A DNA stretch of 64,000 nt from Botryllus schlosseri (taxonomy: Eukaryota), in NCBI GenBank assembly GCA_051294905.1, contig CM119372.1, positions 14,634,001 to 14,698,000 of the forward strand, written 5' to 3'. Numbering within the stretch: the stretch's first letter is position 1; every line of letters begins with the position of its first letter. The translations under genes were made by a program, and so were the position numbers. This document shows, in pieces, positions 37,273 to 48,831 of the stretch. A model generated the notes under the pieces. It had not been told where the DNA came from. It saw only the letters and a program-made list of their open reading frames with translations, and searched no databases.

Positions 37273-38973
37273 TTAATCACTGTCATCCGAATCTTTCTCT
37301 TCAGGCAACACAGTTTCGTGAACTTTTTGTTGGAAGCTAACCAGTTTTCCAGTATTTGGATCAACACATACTGGCTGTATCACTTCATTGCTCGATAATT
37401 TTGAAATTTGAGTAGCGAGTTGGACTGCCATGTATTCCTTTTGCTCATCGGACATACTGTCAACAGGGTTGGGCAACACCGGTGGGATATGACCTGTAAC
37501 AGGATTAATCTTGTCAATATTTTCCCGGTATTCTTCAGTATCAGAATCGGTGTCTGTGTCAGAGTATGCTTTGCTGCCCTTTCCGCCTGCAAGCAGACCG
37601 CGACTAGCCAGTAATCCTGCCGCATTACCATAACCCGTGTATTTAATCAGTCGGTCCACATTTTCTTTGCAAAGAACAAATATAAAATCAGCGGCGGCTC
37701 CTTTTATCTCGGTGTTATGGTCGGTGAACAATTTGATCAATTTGTTCCGAAATTTAGACCCCATTTCCGGACGATTCTTGAAGTCTTTGCGTGGCGGAAT
37801 TACAAATGTTTTGCAATATTTTCTCACAATTCTCGAAGTCCGACTCAATACACTTAATAATGACAAAACCGGCACAAGGTATTGCGTAGAAGTATCGTCA
37901 GCATGAACTTTACGTTGGAGTTGGCATAAAATGACCAACAGAGAACTGACATCTCTGTCTTCAAAAGTAGGTAGGTCAGCCCCATCATATGAAAACAGGA
38001 CTTCGGTTCTGTCACTAGGCAGTGGTGGTATGAACGCCTCATCATCAAAATGCGATGAAACGACGGAATACAGACAGTTTTGAACGTCAACATGAAGTTT
38101 TTCTGTGCCCCCTTTATCATTCTCCACTATGATTAGAAGAAATTTGCGACAAAGAGATACAATACTTTCGAAGTCATTAACAACACTTTCGGGGAGATTT
38201 AAATCATCACATTTCATATTCATATTAAAAAGGGTTTTGAATATTTCACAACAAGACTTTGACAGATTTTGCGACAGTACAGCACGCGAAGTTGGGATTT
38301 TTGGTTCAGTTTCATGGCATTGTAACAGCTTTCTACTCAATGAATCAATTAGAACTTTCCTTCCATTATATTGGTTCACTACATCCAATCGTGCTCTGTC
38401 ATTCAAAGCAGTCACAAGGAAAACCAAGCGCACAAATAGAAACTCCAGATTGGTACTTGTGGTATCTACTGCAGTAAGTGTTGCCAGTTGCTTAATAACA
38501 GACTCTAGGAAATTTGTATCACTGCAATACTGATTGGAATCTTTTGTGATGTATATCAAATTACTCAAACACTTTAGGCATAACATCAGTATATCTTCCT
38601 TCGTATTAAAAGTCTTTGATACCCCATCTTCATGATTTGCAACGTTCAATCCCGCAAGTAGACAAAGATCCAGCCAAGTTCTTCTGCAGTTGAATTGTTC
38701 ATTAATAGAGTGAGCATCTCTGGACATGATTGCCAGAGCTGACAAACACACTGCAATTGATTCTTGATCGCCGGGTACTTGTATTAGGTCATGTATGATA
38801 TTCAGCAGTTTACTTGTGAATTGTTCTCTTTCCTGTGGAGATACACTGGTGAATACAAATGCCCCATTGTTTATTGATGCAAAATGTTCCAAGGATGGTT
38901 TCCAAGCGCTTGGTTTCGCTCCGTCCGCACGAGATAGGTCAGGAAAACTAGAAATTTGGTTGGACGATTGCAT
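37273..38973 (-). CDS. RIC8: Synembryn / Ric-8 guanine nucleotide exchange factor (intronless, 566 aa)
   Basis: LKCLSNL, RLVFLVTAL, EIFKTLFN, RPEMGSKFRNKLIKL, FVLCKENVDRLIKYTGYGNAAGLLASRGL, INPVTG, MSDEQKEYMAVQL. Confidence 0.95.
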   Translation of the reverse strand: MQSSNQISSFPDLSRADGAKPSAWKPSLEHFASINNGAFVFTSVSPQEREQFTSKLLNIIHDLIQVPGDQESIAVCLSALAIMSRDAHSINEQFNCRRTWLDLCLLAGLNVANHEDGVSKTFNTKEDILMLCLKCLSNLIYITKDSNQYCSDTNFLESVIKQLATLTAVDTTSTNLEFLFVRLVFLVTALNDRARLDVVNQYNGRKVLIDSLSRKLLQCHETEPKIPTSRAVLSQNLSKSCCEIFKTLFNMNMKCDDLNLPESVVNDFESIVSLCRKFLLIIVENDKGGTEKLHVDVQNCLYSVVSSHFDDEAFIPPLPSDRTEVLFSYDGADLPTFEDRDVSSLLVILCQLQRKVHADDTSTQYLVPVLSLLSVLSRTSRIVRKYCKTFVIPPRKDFKNRPEMGSKFRNKLIKLFTDHNTEIKGAAADFIFVLCKENVDRLIKYTGYGNAAGLLASRGLLAGGKGSKAYSDTDTDSDTEEYRENIDKINPVTGHIPPVLPNPVDSMSDEQKEYMAVQLATQISKLSSNEVIQPVCVDPNTGKLVSFQQKVHETVLPEEKDSDDSD

Positions 38974-39938
38974 TACTTCCCGGCAATAATTGCATGTAAA
39001 TTAAAAGAGGCCACCCTAGATAAGAATTAAGTCTGATAATCAAACGATTGTTAGCAGACTAGCACATACTGGTATTGACAAATACCATTTGTATTTGCTT
39101 TGCGCACATACCATAGAAAAAATACGACAATTCTGCACATTGCACGCATACGCTCCTTGAATTATTTCTACAGGTTGGTGTTATTGAGAGCACAATAAGG
39201 CCAGTCCGCACAAAAATCCACGTCTTCAAATCCTGATTTATGATTTCAAATCCAATTTTAGTCAACAGTAAAATTCCATATTCAACTATTGGTTCAAAAT
39301 CCTAAATATCAACATGTTCCAATATGAGCAGTTTCCATATGCCCAATAAGAAAAGTCGCTACAAACGTGCACACGCGCAATAAGGACAGCAGCGGCTGCT
39401 TCCTGCTTGAACGATGATGTTCTGGTTGGGGACAGGGGTTATAAGGGTCATCATCGGTCATTATAGGGTTTGGGTCAGAGTCAGAGGGTTCTTAGGGTTT
39501 TGGTATCTACTGTGCTTGATGCTTGTGCTGCTTATTGTAGGCCCTACTTTACTTGATGATCTCACGATCTCTTAGGCCTTTGCAGCTTAATTGGTTTGGT
39601 TCTTCTGCAGAGCCACATCCATCACATGGTACACTTCCCTCTGTATACATATACAGAATACAGAATATCTGTGTATTTTTGGTGGAACCGAATCTCTCTC
39701 TCTTTCTCTCTTGCGTTGCCTTATTGTGCACGCTACTGTCCTTATTGCGCACTCAATCACATGAAGAATTACTTTCAAATCTGGGTTTCAAGAAAGAACA
39801 AACGCATGGGCAAAGATGCAACCCATTCAAATAAGTATAATATAGTAGCCAGCCAGGTCCAATTCGCTGACGATTCTGCCAGAATGAAAAAGCTAAATCC
39901 ATAGCCGAATCGGAAAGGGTTGTGTCTGTACCGCTGAC

Positions 39939-42900
39939 GGCCCTGTGGATATAATGCTGTATCAGCTGTATCAGCTGTATCAGCTGTATCAGCTGTATCA
40001 CCCTGTGGATATAAAGCTGTATCAGCTGTATCAGCTGTATCAGCTGTATCAGCTGTATCACCCTGTGGATATAAAGCTGTATCAGCTGTATCAGCTGTAT
40101 CAGCTGTATCACCCTGTGGATATAAAGCTGTATCAGCTGTATCAGCTGTATCAGCTGTATCAGCTGTATCACCCTGTGGATATAAAGCTGTATCAGCTGT
40201 TTCATCTGTATCAGCTGTATCACCCTGTGGATATAAAGCTGTATCAGCTGTATGACCCTGTATCAGCTGTATCACGTCTATACTATGTCTGGGATGCGCG
40301 AAATAGTCTAGTAGTCTATCACACATTTAGTGAATCAGCTCTTCTTGCGTAAACGCGCGAAGCAAGAGAAATTTATATATTTCATGATTGAGTCGGTCAA
40401 TATATGATCGCGAATTGCCACCTTCGAGCTCGCCCCCCCCCCCCAATTGTGGGGTTTGAGGTGAGGCAGTTACGGTCCTGCGTAAGTCCTACACTATGTA
40501 AATTAGATAGCACCAGTGGTTCCCAACCTTTTTCGGTGGCGGGGCCAAATTTAGAATTTCAGAGTACGACCGGGGCCGCACGAATACCAAGGCAATGAAA
40601 GGAACCCAAAATAGTCACCAAAATATGAAAATTGACATTGTTCCGGTCATTCGCTTGACGCCATTGGCCATTGTGTTGCCGCGCTCCCGTTGTTCAGAAC
40701 AATCAACCTTTGCTGGCTATTTCGGAGTAGTTTTATTGCCCTGGCGAGATTTCAACTCGTATTTTTGGAATCAGTGCGACACTTGCTTTCGATAAACACC
40801 GACATATCAAATTATACGGATGCTTGGGTCGCGAGCTATAGGACTACAAAGTATGCTGTTTTTGCCAGCTAAGCAGTACGCATCTCTGCGTATTCAATCG
40901 TTAGTCACTTGTTGCACATCTATCCGTAAATTAGTTATCAATACCAAGGGCCGTAACAGCACTTCGTCAGTCCCCCCCCCCAAAAAAAACGTTTCTCGTG
41001 AGCCCCCATAGGGTGATAAACAGAACTTCAAAGCCCCCAGACCTCCTCAGGCTAGAAGGCTATTTACCGCTATTTATCATCTAAATCGGGTGTACGTTTT
41101 AGGCAGCTTCTCTCGACTAATCGCGCGAAGTGCGAAAAATTTATAAAATTCATGATTGAATCGGTCAATATAATCGGGAATTGCATATATATTGGTATCA
41201 ATTTTTATCCTCTCTCTGCTCACGTAATCAGATTGACCGGTTGAGCCGAGTGAGTTGTGTTTGAAAAGGTAGGACCACTCGTGACCTCCAGTCTGCTATA
41301 TCAAAAAATATAGAATCGCTAAAACGTACTAAACTAAAATATGCACACGATTTCAAATTGGTAGTTCTTCACTGGCCTATATTTTTCCCTGCGGGATGGT
41401 AGCCTATTTGTCTCGTGACGTTCAGATTTCCAAGACAGGAACATTCGGCGCCAGTCATTTAGGCGAATATGGTCAATTATACCTATTTTGAATATACATA
41501 ACGAAGTTTTCGGTCAGCGTAAGGGCAGTCCTTTTCGGCCAAGGTTTTCTCGCTGCCGATCGTTCTGGCACGCTTCTAGAAGTCGCATGTTACATGGCCT
41601 AAGCCTTTATATGTCTTGGTGCGTCGTGGCGCGGTAATGGCCAACGCCGATATGCCTATACTTCTATAAATCTTTGCCTATTTTATCTTTGTCGAAGAGT
41701 ACCGAATAATTAAGGTACTTGAAAACTTGAAATCGCGCGCAGCGCGAAAAAAAATCCCAATTGGGGGGCTTGGGATGCGGCAGTTACGGTCCTGTCAATA
41801 CCTATATCTATAGGTACTGCCCGTTAAACTCTGGAAAGTTAGGGCACATTGCATTGAAACAGCAGTGACATAATCTTAGCAGTCTACTCACAACTTTCCT
41901 GCAATCCTAATTGAAGACTCCAAGCCAAGCCAGAGTATTTTATAAATATAATTTTTTTTCATAAATAGATTTCTCAATATTTTTGTGGGGGCCGCAAGAA
42001 AGCTAGCTGGGGGCCGCATGCGGCCCGCAGGGCCTCGGTTGGGAATCACTGGTCTAGACTATATGAGCCTCCAGATACTACACCTCTACCTAATACACTC
42101 CTACAGTCACAGACGTCCAGGCCCACGTAGGCCCACGAGTCCATACACGGCTCTTTGCCCTCTTGTTTCAAGAAATCGAAAGTGTCATCGGAGAACGCCC
42201 ACGTGTGCTCTTTTTCGTACCTCAAAATATGGTAACCCTAGGCTAGACACCAACGAATATTTATTCGCAACAGAGTTTCTCGCAAGCAGAGCTTTTAACA
42301 CAAAGTAACGAAATTTAATTTGATCCCGGCCAAGATGTCAGAATATCTGTTACACTAGAAACCATGAATTGTCTTTACATTCATTGTGATGAATGCTGCC
42401 AATGGAGAATGGACACACTCTGCCTATTTCCACGTCGTCGGGGGTTCTCAACTTGCCTGATATAACGGGCCGCAGATCTATATTAATATGTATCAGTGTT
42501 GGGTAAGTCACTACCTTCGAGTCACGAGTCATTTCGAGCCATTTCGCATTTTGACTCGAGTCAAGACAATCGATTTTCGAAGGTGACTCGAGTCAAGTCA
42601 AGTCACTCGATTTTTGGAGGTGACTCGAGTCAATTAAGTCGAGTCAAGTCAAGTCAAGTCAAGTCACGAGTCAAGTCACAATTCAAGTCAAGCTGCTTTT
42701 TCGAAGTACGAGGTATGATTACGTCATTGCATTTTGCTGCCTGTCTGAAATACAGATTGAGTGGTCATTGATTCTGAACCGATGAACGAACATTTTGCTA
42801 TCAAATTACTTTACTATAATCTAGTTTACGACAAAGTAAAAGCTGTAAGCTTCGATCATTTCGTTTGCAGTCAATTTATTTGTGAGAGAACAATGGAGGC

Positions 42901-43823
42901 TCAGTAAATCGCACGATCATTGAATCATTGGTCGCTCACACGGGTCATACCAGCGTTTCGCGAACAATCCAAACATATGCAAGATACAGTTGACCATTTT
43001 TATCCACACCGATTACCGACATTCATATGCGCAGATCGTGTGTATGTGTATCGAGTCGGTGTATATGCCGCAAAAGCATCAAGGACAAAAATAAACTACG
43101 TCCTTTCCTTTTTTTATCTATCCATTATATGTTGTCTGTAAAAGCTGTAAAGGAGGACGGATTGCCTAATAGGGGGACAATTTGGCGTTCTCGGAGGATC
43201 ACTGGTCCAAAGGATCCGTTGGGCTGATATCTGCGCACCATAAGAGGCCGGGTTTGGTCAGAGAGACAGACGGAGTCTTTATTTCTTCATCCAACTGAAA
43301 TACAAACTAACAGACGGCAATAATGGTGGTACGGTATTCGGTACCAGGTAGGGAAATCCACAGGGTGATACAGCTGATACAGCTTTATATCCACAGGGTG
43401 ATGCAGCTGATACAGCTTTATATCCACAGGGTGATACAGCTGATACAGCTTTATATCCACAGGGTGATACAGCTAATACAGCTGATACAGCTTTATATCC
43501 ACAGGGCGATACAGCTGATACAGCTGATACAGCTTTATATCCACAGGGTGATACAGCTGATACAGCTGATACAACTTTATATCCACAGGGTGATACAGCT
43601 GATACAGCTTTATATCCACAGGGTGATACAGCTGATACAGCTGATACAGCTGATACAGCTGATACAGCTTTATATCCACAGGGTGATACAGCTGATACAG
43701 CTGATACAGCTGATACAGCTGATACAGCTTTATATCCACAGGGTGATACAGCTGATACAGCTGATACAGCTGATACAGCTGATACAGCTGATACAGCTGA
43801 TACAGCATTATATCCACAGGGCC
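39939..43823. mobile_element. Foldback-like (possibly Merlin-related) non-autonomous DNA transposon with modular TIRs and nested MITE fragments
   Basis: GGCCCTGTGGATATAATGCTG at the left and CAGCATTATATCCACAGGGCC at the right; 8-bp TSD CCGCTGAC (39931-39938, 43824-43831); TIR arrays 39939-40273 and 43356-43823 built from 9-bp GCTGTATCA and 15-bp CCCTGTGGATATAAA. Confidence 0.88.
42494..42692. repeat. MITE fragment with GAGTCAAGTC repeats, nested in the foldback element
   Basis: cagtgttgggtaagtcac followed by gactcgagtc/aagtc tandem units. Confidence 0.55.
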
Positions 43824-45016
43824 CCGCTGACTGTACCATATCGCCGGTTGCGGTTGCCGCCTCACCGTTAAACATCATTCGGTGATAGAGTCGATCCATG
43901 TGTAATTGCGTATAGTTCGGTTTTCTTATCGCGAAACCGCTCATCATGGTTCAGTACTTTCGCTGCATAACGTTACCGGTTCAACTCACTGAGCTATATA
44001 AACACTGGAGTGCGCAACTTACCGTGACGGCGGAGAAAATTGAATAACAGCTCTGGCTACCTACTTGCGCACTGGTGCTTATGGTGAACTACTGGGATTC
44101 TCCGTGTTTTTACGCTTTTCGAGGGGTTTTCGTCTGGAATAAGTATGTTTTATCACAAAACTAACACAGACCATATTAATGAACTATAGTATACCCTTTC
44201 TAATAGGTATGTCAGCCATGAATGACGCCATGGATTGCATTTGCGACTTCCGTATCCATAGATGGATCTAAAACGGCGAAGACTCGTGTGTAACTTCAAG
44301 GGATACTGCATTGCAACGACATTCCGACGCGAATATTTCAACGATTAGCTTCTGACTACATCAAACTCAACGTGAAGCAGTCTTCAGTAGCAGTGATGCC
44401 AATCGCCTTCGGTGATGTTTGCTTGCGAGTGCGGGAACACATCAAGTTTGCTCTCGATGTCTCAAAGAAGTTATCTAGACCTAAACTGCTTCTGCCCTGT
44501 CCATGATTTTGCCACGCTTATTAAACTGTAATTGCACTATGACTATATGGTTTATGCACCAGAAATATATCAACGAGATCATTGTGATATACGGCATTTT
44601 TATTTTAGCGATCCACATAGAAAGAGTATGGTTCAACTGGGCAATTCATAAATAGTTTTCAACGTTGCCGGAAATATGCCAGTCTTTTGTGCCATCGAAA
44701 TAAAGAAGGATAATTAGTTTCTTGCAGATTGAGATGACCAAATAGGCTTGTCATTGAATACGGTACCCTGTAAAACCAAAATATCAGAAACAGAACAACA
44801 AAACTAATTCATGTAATTGCTTGAGTGTCAGGAATGCTGAACACTTGCATTTAAAACAGAAGTAGCCAAGAAAGAAACATGTTGACATTGATGCTACTGA
44901 AATAATTCCTGGTGGAGTTGATATAGTTGCCGATTGACAACATTGAAATCTTTTGGGTGAAATCTGGCTTTAGGGTTGTATCGGAAGACACACTGGGTAT
45001 ACGGGTTTTAAGATTT

Positions 45017-45218
45017 TAATGTTAGACCTGTTAAAATATATGGAACTAGTTCTTTACAATAGTATTTTCTTTTGGCGATTTTTAGCTAGATGACTGTATG
45101 TATAATTATTAGGGCGTTAATGTTAGACCTGTTAAAATATATGGAACTAGTTCTTTACAATAGTATTTTCTTTTGGCGATTTTTAGCTAGATGACTGTAT
45201 GTATAATTATTAGGGCGT
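45017..45218. repeat. Perfect ~101-bp tandem duplication
   Basis: taatgttagacctgttaaaa...ataattattagggcgt occurs twice consecutively. Confidence 0.9.
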
Positions 45219-46062
45219 TTTTTTACCTAAAAAAAAAGGAAATTTTGACCTAAAAAATCAAAATTTTGACTTTTTTTGACCTAACTGAATCTTGACCAAA
45301 TTTTGACCTAACGTATGCAAATTAGGTGTTTTCCCACATAATGTTAAAATTGTACCACTCAATCTTCATTTCCGGCTGGAACTGACTGTCCTAACGACGC
45401 AGTTTGGCTGAAAAAATAAAAACGTTTTTGGCTTAGAAACAGGCAACTTTTTACATGAAAAAAACAATATTTTAACGAAATCTGGCCCTATGAAGAATTC
45501 CAGTGGTTACAATATGTAGGCTATTATGGTAGAAATAATTAAAAGATGTTGTAGTACAACGAGAGATACTTTCCTACATTCTTGGGTAGAAAGTGCATGT
45601 TCTTACTAAGAAGCTTGCCAAGGACGTTTAACAGCAGCAGTTGTTGGCTGACAACACTCAAGTTGTGCGTACACTGCTGGCGACACACCGTGTTGCTTTA
45701 TTCTGACAATGTTGTCTACATCACAATTTTTCATCGTGCGCTTCTTAATGTAAGAATGATGCAATGTCCAAGAAGTCTTTCTTCAGTTAGGATATTGCGG
45801 TACGTTGACCATAACACCATGTCTACCTATTTGTTTTATTTGACCGTTTACGATTCACAATGAGCAGACAATTAGCCGTTTACAACGGTAGGCCTATAAA
45901 ATAGGCTACAAGCTGTAAAATATCAAATGATATGTACACCGACAGTGCAGAATCTACGATAAAAACGAAATGCAGATGTCGAAAAAATTTTGACTTGATG
46001 AAAAATTTTGACAAATTTTGACTTAACGCTACAATTTTGACATGTCAAAAAAAACCGCCCTA
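45211..46062. mobile_element. Non-autonomous hAT-type element
   Basis: TAGGGCG...CGCCCTA termini, 8-bp TSD ATAATTAT (45203-45210, 46063-46070); related internal sequence at ~61420-61830. Confidence 0.85.
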
Positions 46063-46309
46063 ATAATTATACATAAATGATTTCCGTAGAAATTCCACCC
46101 CCTATTTAAGTGAGGGTCTCGAGACGATTTCATTGTGACAGCTTTTCGACCAAATTGCTACTAAGCACGGAAAAGTCAGGCCGCTGCTGAAAATAAATCA
46201 AAAATCGTCAGATTATATTTTCATCTGAACAAGACACACACAGATAGGAGCATGCCGAACGACCAGTTGCAGTTTCTCAAACTGGCATACACCTTGGCCT
46301 AGTGCTCGT

Positions 46310-46560
46310 CTGCTCGATGTCACAGTTCCTTTCGGTGTTAGTCTCTATTCCGCGGCTCTTTCTTGCTCATTCCATTGTTTCAGAGCTCTTTCCATTCTTT
46401 GGAGCATATCCTTTAATATTTTGAGGGCTTCCAATTTTCTCTCTTGATGTCTCTAATCCATTCGTTCTTTACAGCACCATTGCTTCCAAGGGAAACTGAA
46501 CACATACCATAGTAATAATCAGGTGTTCTTAAGCATTCCTTCAGCTGCAAACTAATGCAT
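46310..46560 (-). pseudogene. Decayed THAP zinc-finger domain (transposase-type N-terminus or THAP gene remnant)
   Basis: Manual translation FSFPWK / frameshift / KNEWIRDIKRENWKPSKY*RICSK resembles THAP FP...W...R..W.PSKYS.ICS.HF; has a stop and a frameshift. Confidence 0.6.
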
Positions 46561-47598
46561 AATACAATCATCTGTTCATGTATCTGTAAATAGAAAAATT
46601 TTCAAAGTGTCAAGCTGGCATCAAGCAAAGTGTTAGATGAAAAATTGTCTCCCTTATAAATGCTAAAATCTCACAGATAAAAAGTAAGTGGATATCGCCG
46701 CTTGCACTGTATTTCCTCATCCTCGCTATAACTCCTCACAAACTCGATACTGCCTTCAAACGTTTTGTACAGCCATAAGCTTATAACTTATAAGCACAGC
46801 ACACCTGACCGACTAATCCCCACCCCCACCCCTCGACATTATCTTGGAATCACCTGTACATGGATGTGAAAATGCATATGGATGAAAAATTTAAAAGGAT
46901 CACCCAATGATCAGTGATATTAGTTCAGAGTTGTGAATCTTACTTCTATAGCTAACTGCTGTTCTGACATCTGAGTTATATCCTGTTTCTATCGTACTTC
47001 TTATTCTATTCCCAGAATTCCCGATGTTATAATCTGTAAGTTATAGGAATAAATGGTTTAGTATAAACGCAATATCAAAAGATGGACGGCTGATAACTAA
47101 CAGTACCTGATTATTAGTCCGTTTTATGAAGGTACAATACGTAAACCCATAAGCGCCCAGGTAAAATTTCCGACGACTAGGTAGCCAAGGAGACAAAATG
47201 GCTACGCTTCAATTGTCTCCGCTGGAGACAACATTGGGAATACGAGATGCGCACCGCTTGGTTCAACTTCACTAGGGTTACCATATTTTGGAAATCTGAA
47301 AAGAGGACACTAATAATACGGTTGCGATAAAATGAAAAGATAGAATGGAGTGGAAACGACTCGCAGTACTGTTTCAATCAAACACCCACCTTTGCCTGGA
47401 GGCATCAACTATCCAACGTTTACATTCGATACATCTACTCCCGTCGTACACCTTGAGCTTGTAATGAATTTTTAACGTACCCTGCCCACTATTGACTTAT
47501 AGCTCAGTGACTTATAATCGCACTTAGCGCATGGAAAATCTTTGAGTTGAATCAATCTTCCCAAAAGATGTTCCTCTTTTTGTTGGAGTGCGATATGG

Positions 47599-48050
47599 GG
47601 TCCATACTATTACCGAGAATGCTATTACCGAGATGGACATTACCGAGAATGCTATTACCGAGAATGGACATTACCGAGAACGGACATTACCGAGAATGGA
47701 CATTACCGAGAACGGACATTACCGAGAATGGACATTACCGAGAATGGCCAATGCCAAGAATCTAGCTTACTGTAACGGACGTTGTCGGGAAATTTATACC
47801 TGAGAATCGATACCGAATGTGGCAACGCCGTGATGCACACACACGACCTGTTCATATGCATAACATGCCTGCATTGCATATATTGCATTCTCGGTAATGT
47901 CCATTCTCGGTGGTGTCCATTCTCGGTGATGTTAATTCTCGGTAATGTCCATTCTCGGAAATGTTCATTCTCGGTAATGTCCCATTCTCGGTTTTGTCCT
48001 TCTCGGTAATAGCATTCTCGGTAATAGCATTCTCGGACCGGACCGGACAC
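47599..48050. mobile_element. Small foldback MITE with ~16-bp ATTACCGAGAATGGAC repeats in inverted arrays
   Basis: Array 47610-47746 and reverse-complement array 47886-48036 around a ~140-bp core; no clear TSD. Confidence 0.7.
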
Positions 48051-48831
48051 CATCAAAGATACATCTTTATCTCCATCTAGCGACATAGGTAAGTTTGTTA
48101 CGGTACTTGATTATGTTAGTTATCTACAACTAGATCGTGATTTTGTTCTTGCTGGGCTGTGTGAGTACACTGGAGATAAATAAGCTTTTTTATAAAGCTT
48201 TACAGTATCGTTATTATAATAAACCTTTAATATAATATATAGCAGGTTCAATGTGCAAGGCATACAAGATCTTGTCAGCTAGCACGTCATGTAGCACCCA
48301 ATCTGGAATCGTTAGTCGCAGTGGAATCAGAGTAGCAAACTTTACGCGAAGTTTTCATATTCTTTCAGTCATGGCTTCGGCACGATCAACTTTGAAACAA
48401 TGTCCCATACCGTATTCATTCGAATCAAAGTAAATATTCCCCTAGCCGATTTTCAGAAAATTTAATTGTTGATCTCACGAATGTATTTGTTTATTTGATG
48501 ATCCTTCACTAGATGAGTTGCTTATTATGGCCATTCGATGGACGAGAAAATATCAAAATTTGATGTTACCAGTAGCCCAGTATACTCAATTGTTGTGCAG
48601 AAAACTGGTATCAAGTTGATTTGATCAATGCATTTGTCAGCCTAGCAACCGTAGGCTTACACAAATTCTTATACTATTTCTATTTGAAATTGTCACCTTT
48701 AAAATTTACAGTGACCTGTTAGGAATAGTTTAGTTTATGTAGCTTAATATTTATATCAGTAGGCCTCCTGCTACTGTATATATCCAAAAGAAAGGCACCC
48801 TTTGTAAAAGAGGGATATAAATATTCTAAGA

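Noticed and set aside
39753..40352. DTA/IQL/LYQ-repeat ORFs (also 43279-43947)
   Set aside because: Artefacts of 9- and 15-bp TIR units, which are multiples of three and open in several frames on both strands.
40514..42051. Single hAT MITE bounded by CAGTGGTTCCCAACC...GGTTGGGAATCACTG
   Set aside because: The flanking 8-mers do not match, so the two ends may come from different insertions.
46675..47481. Possible small spliced gene (GTLKIHYKLKVYDGSRCIECKRW... / LWLYKTFEGSIEFVRSY...) on the minus strand
   Set aside because: Weak acceptors, no recognisable family, and the putative first donor coincides with a MITE end; needs RNA evidence.
47547..48086. ITENGH/LPRM-repeat ORFs
   Set aside because: Translations of the 16-bp MITE repeats.
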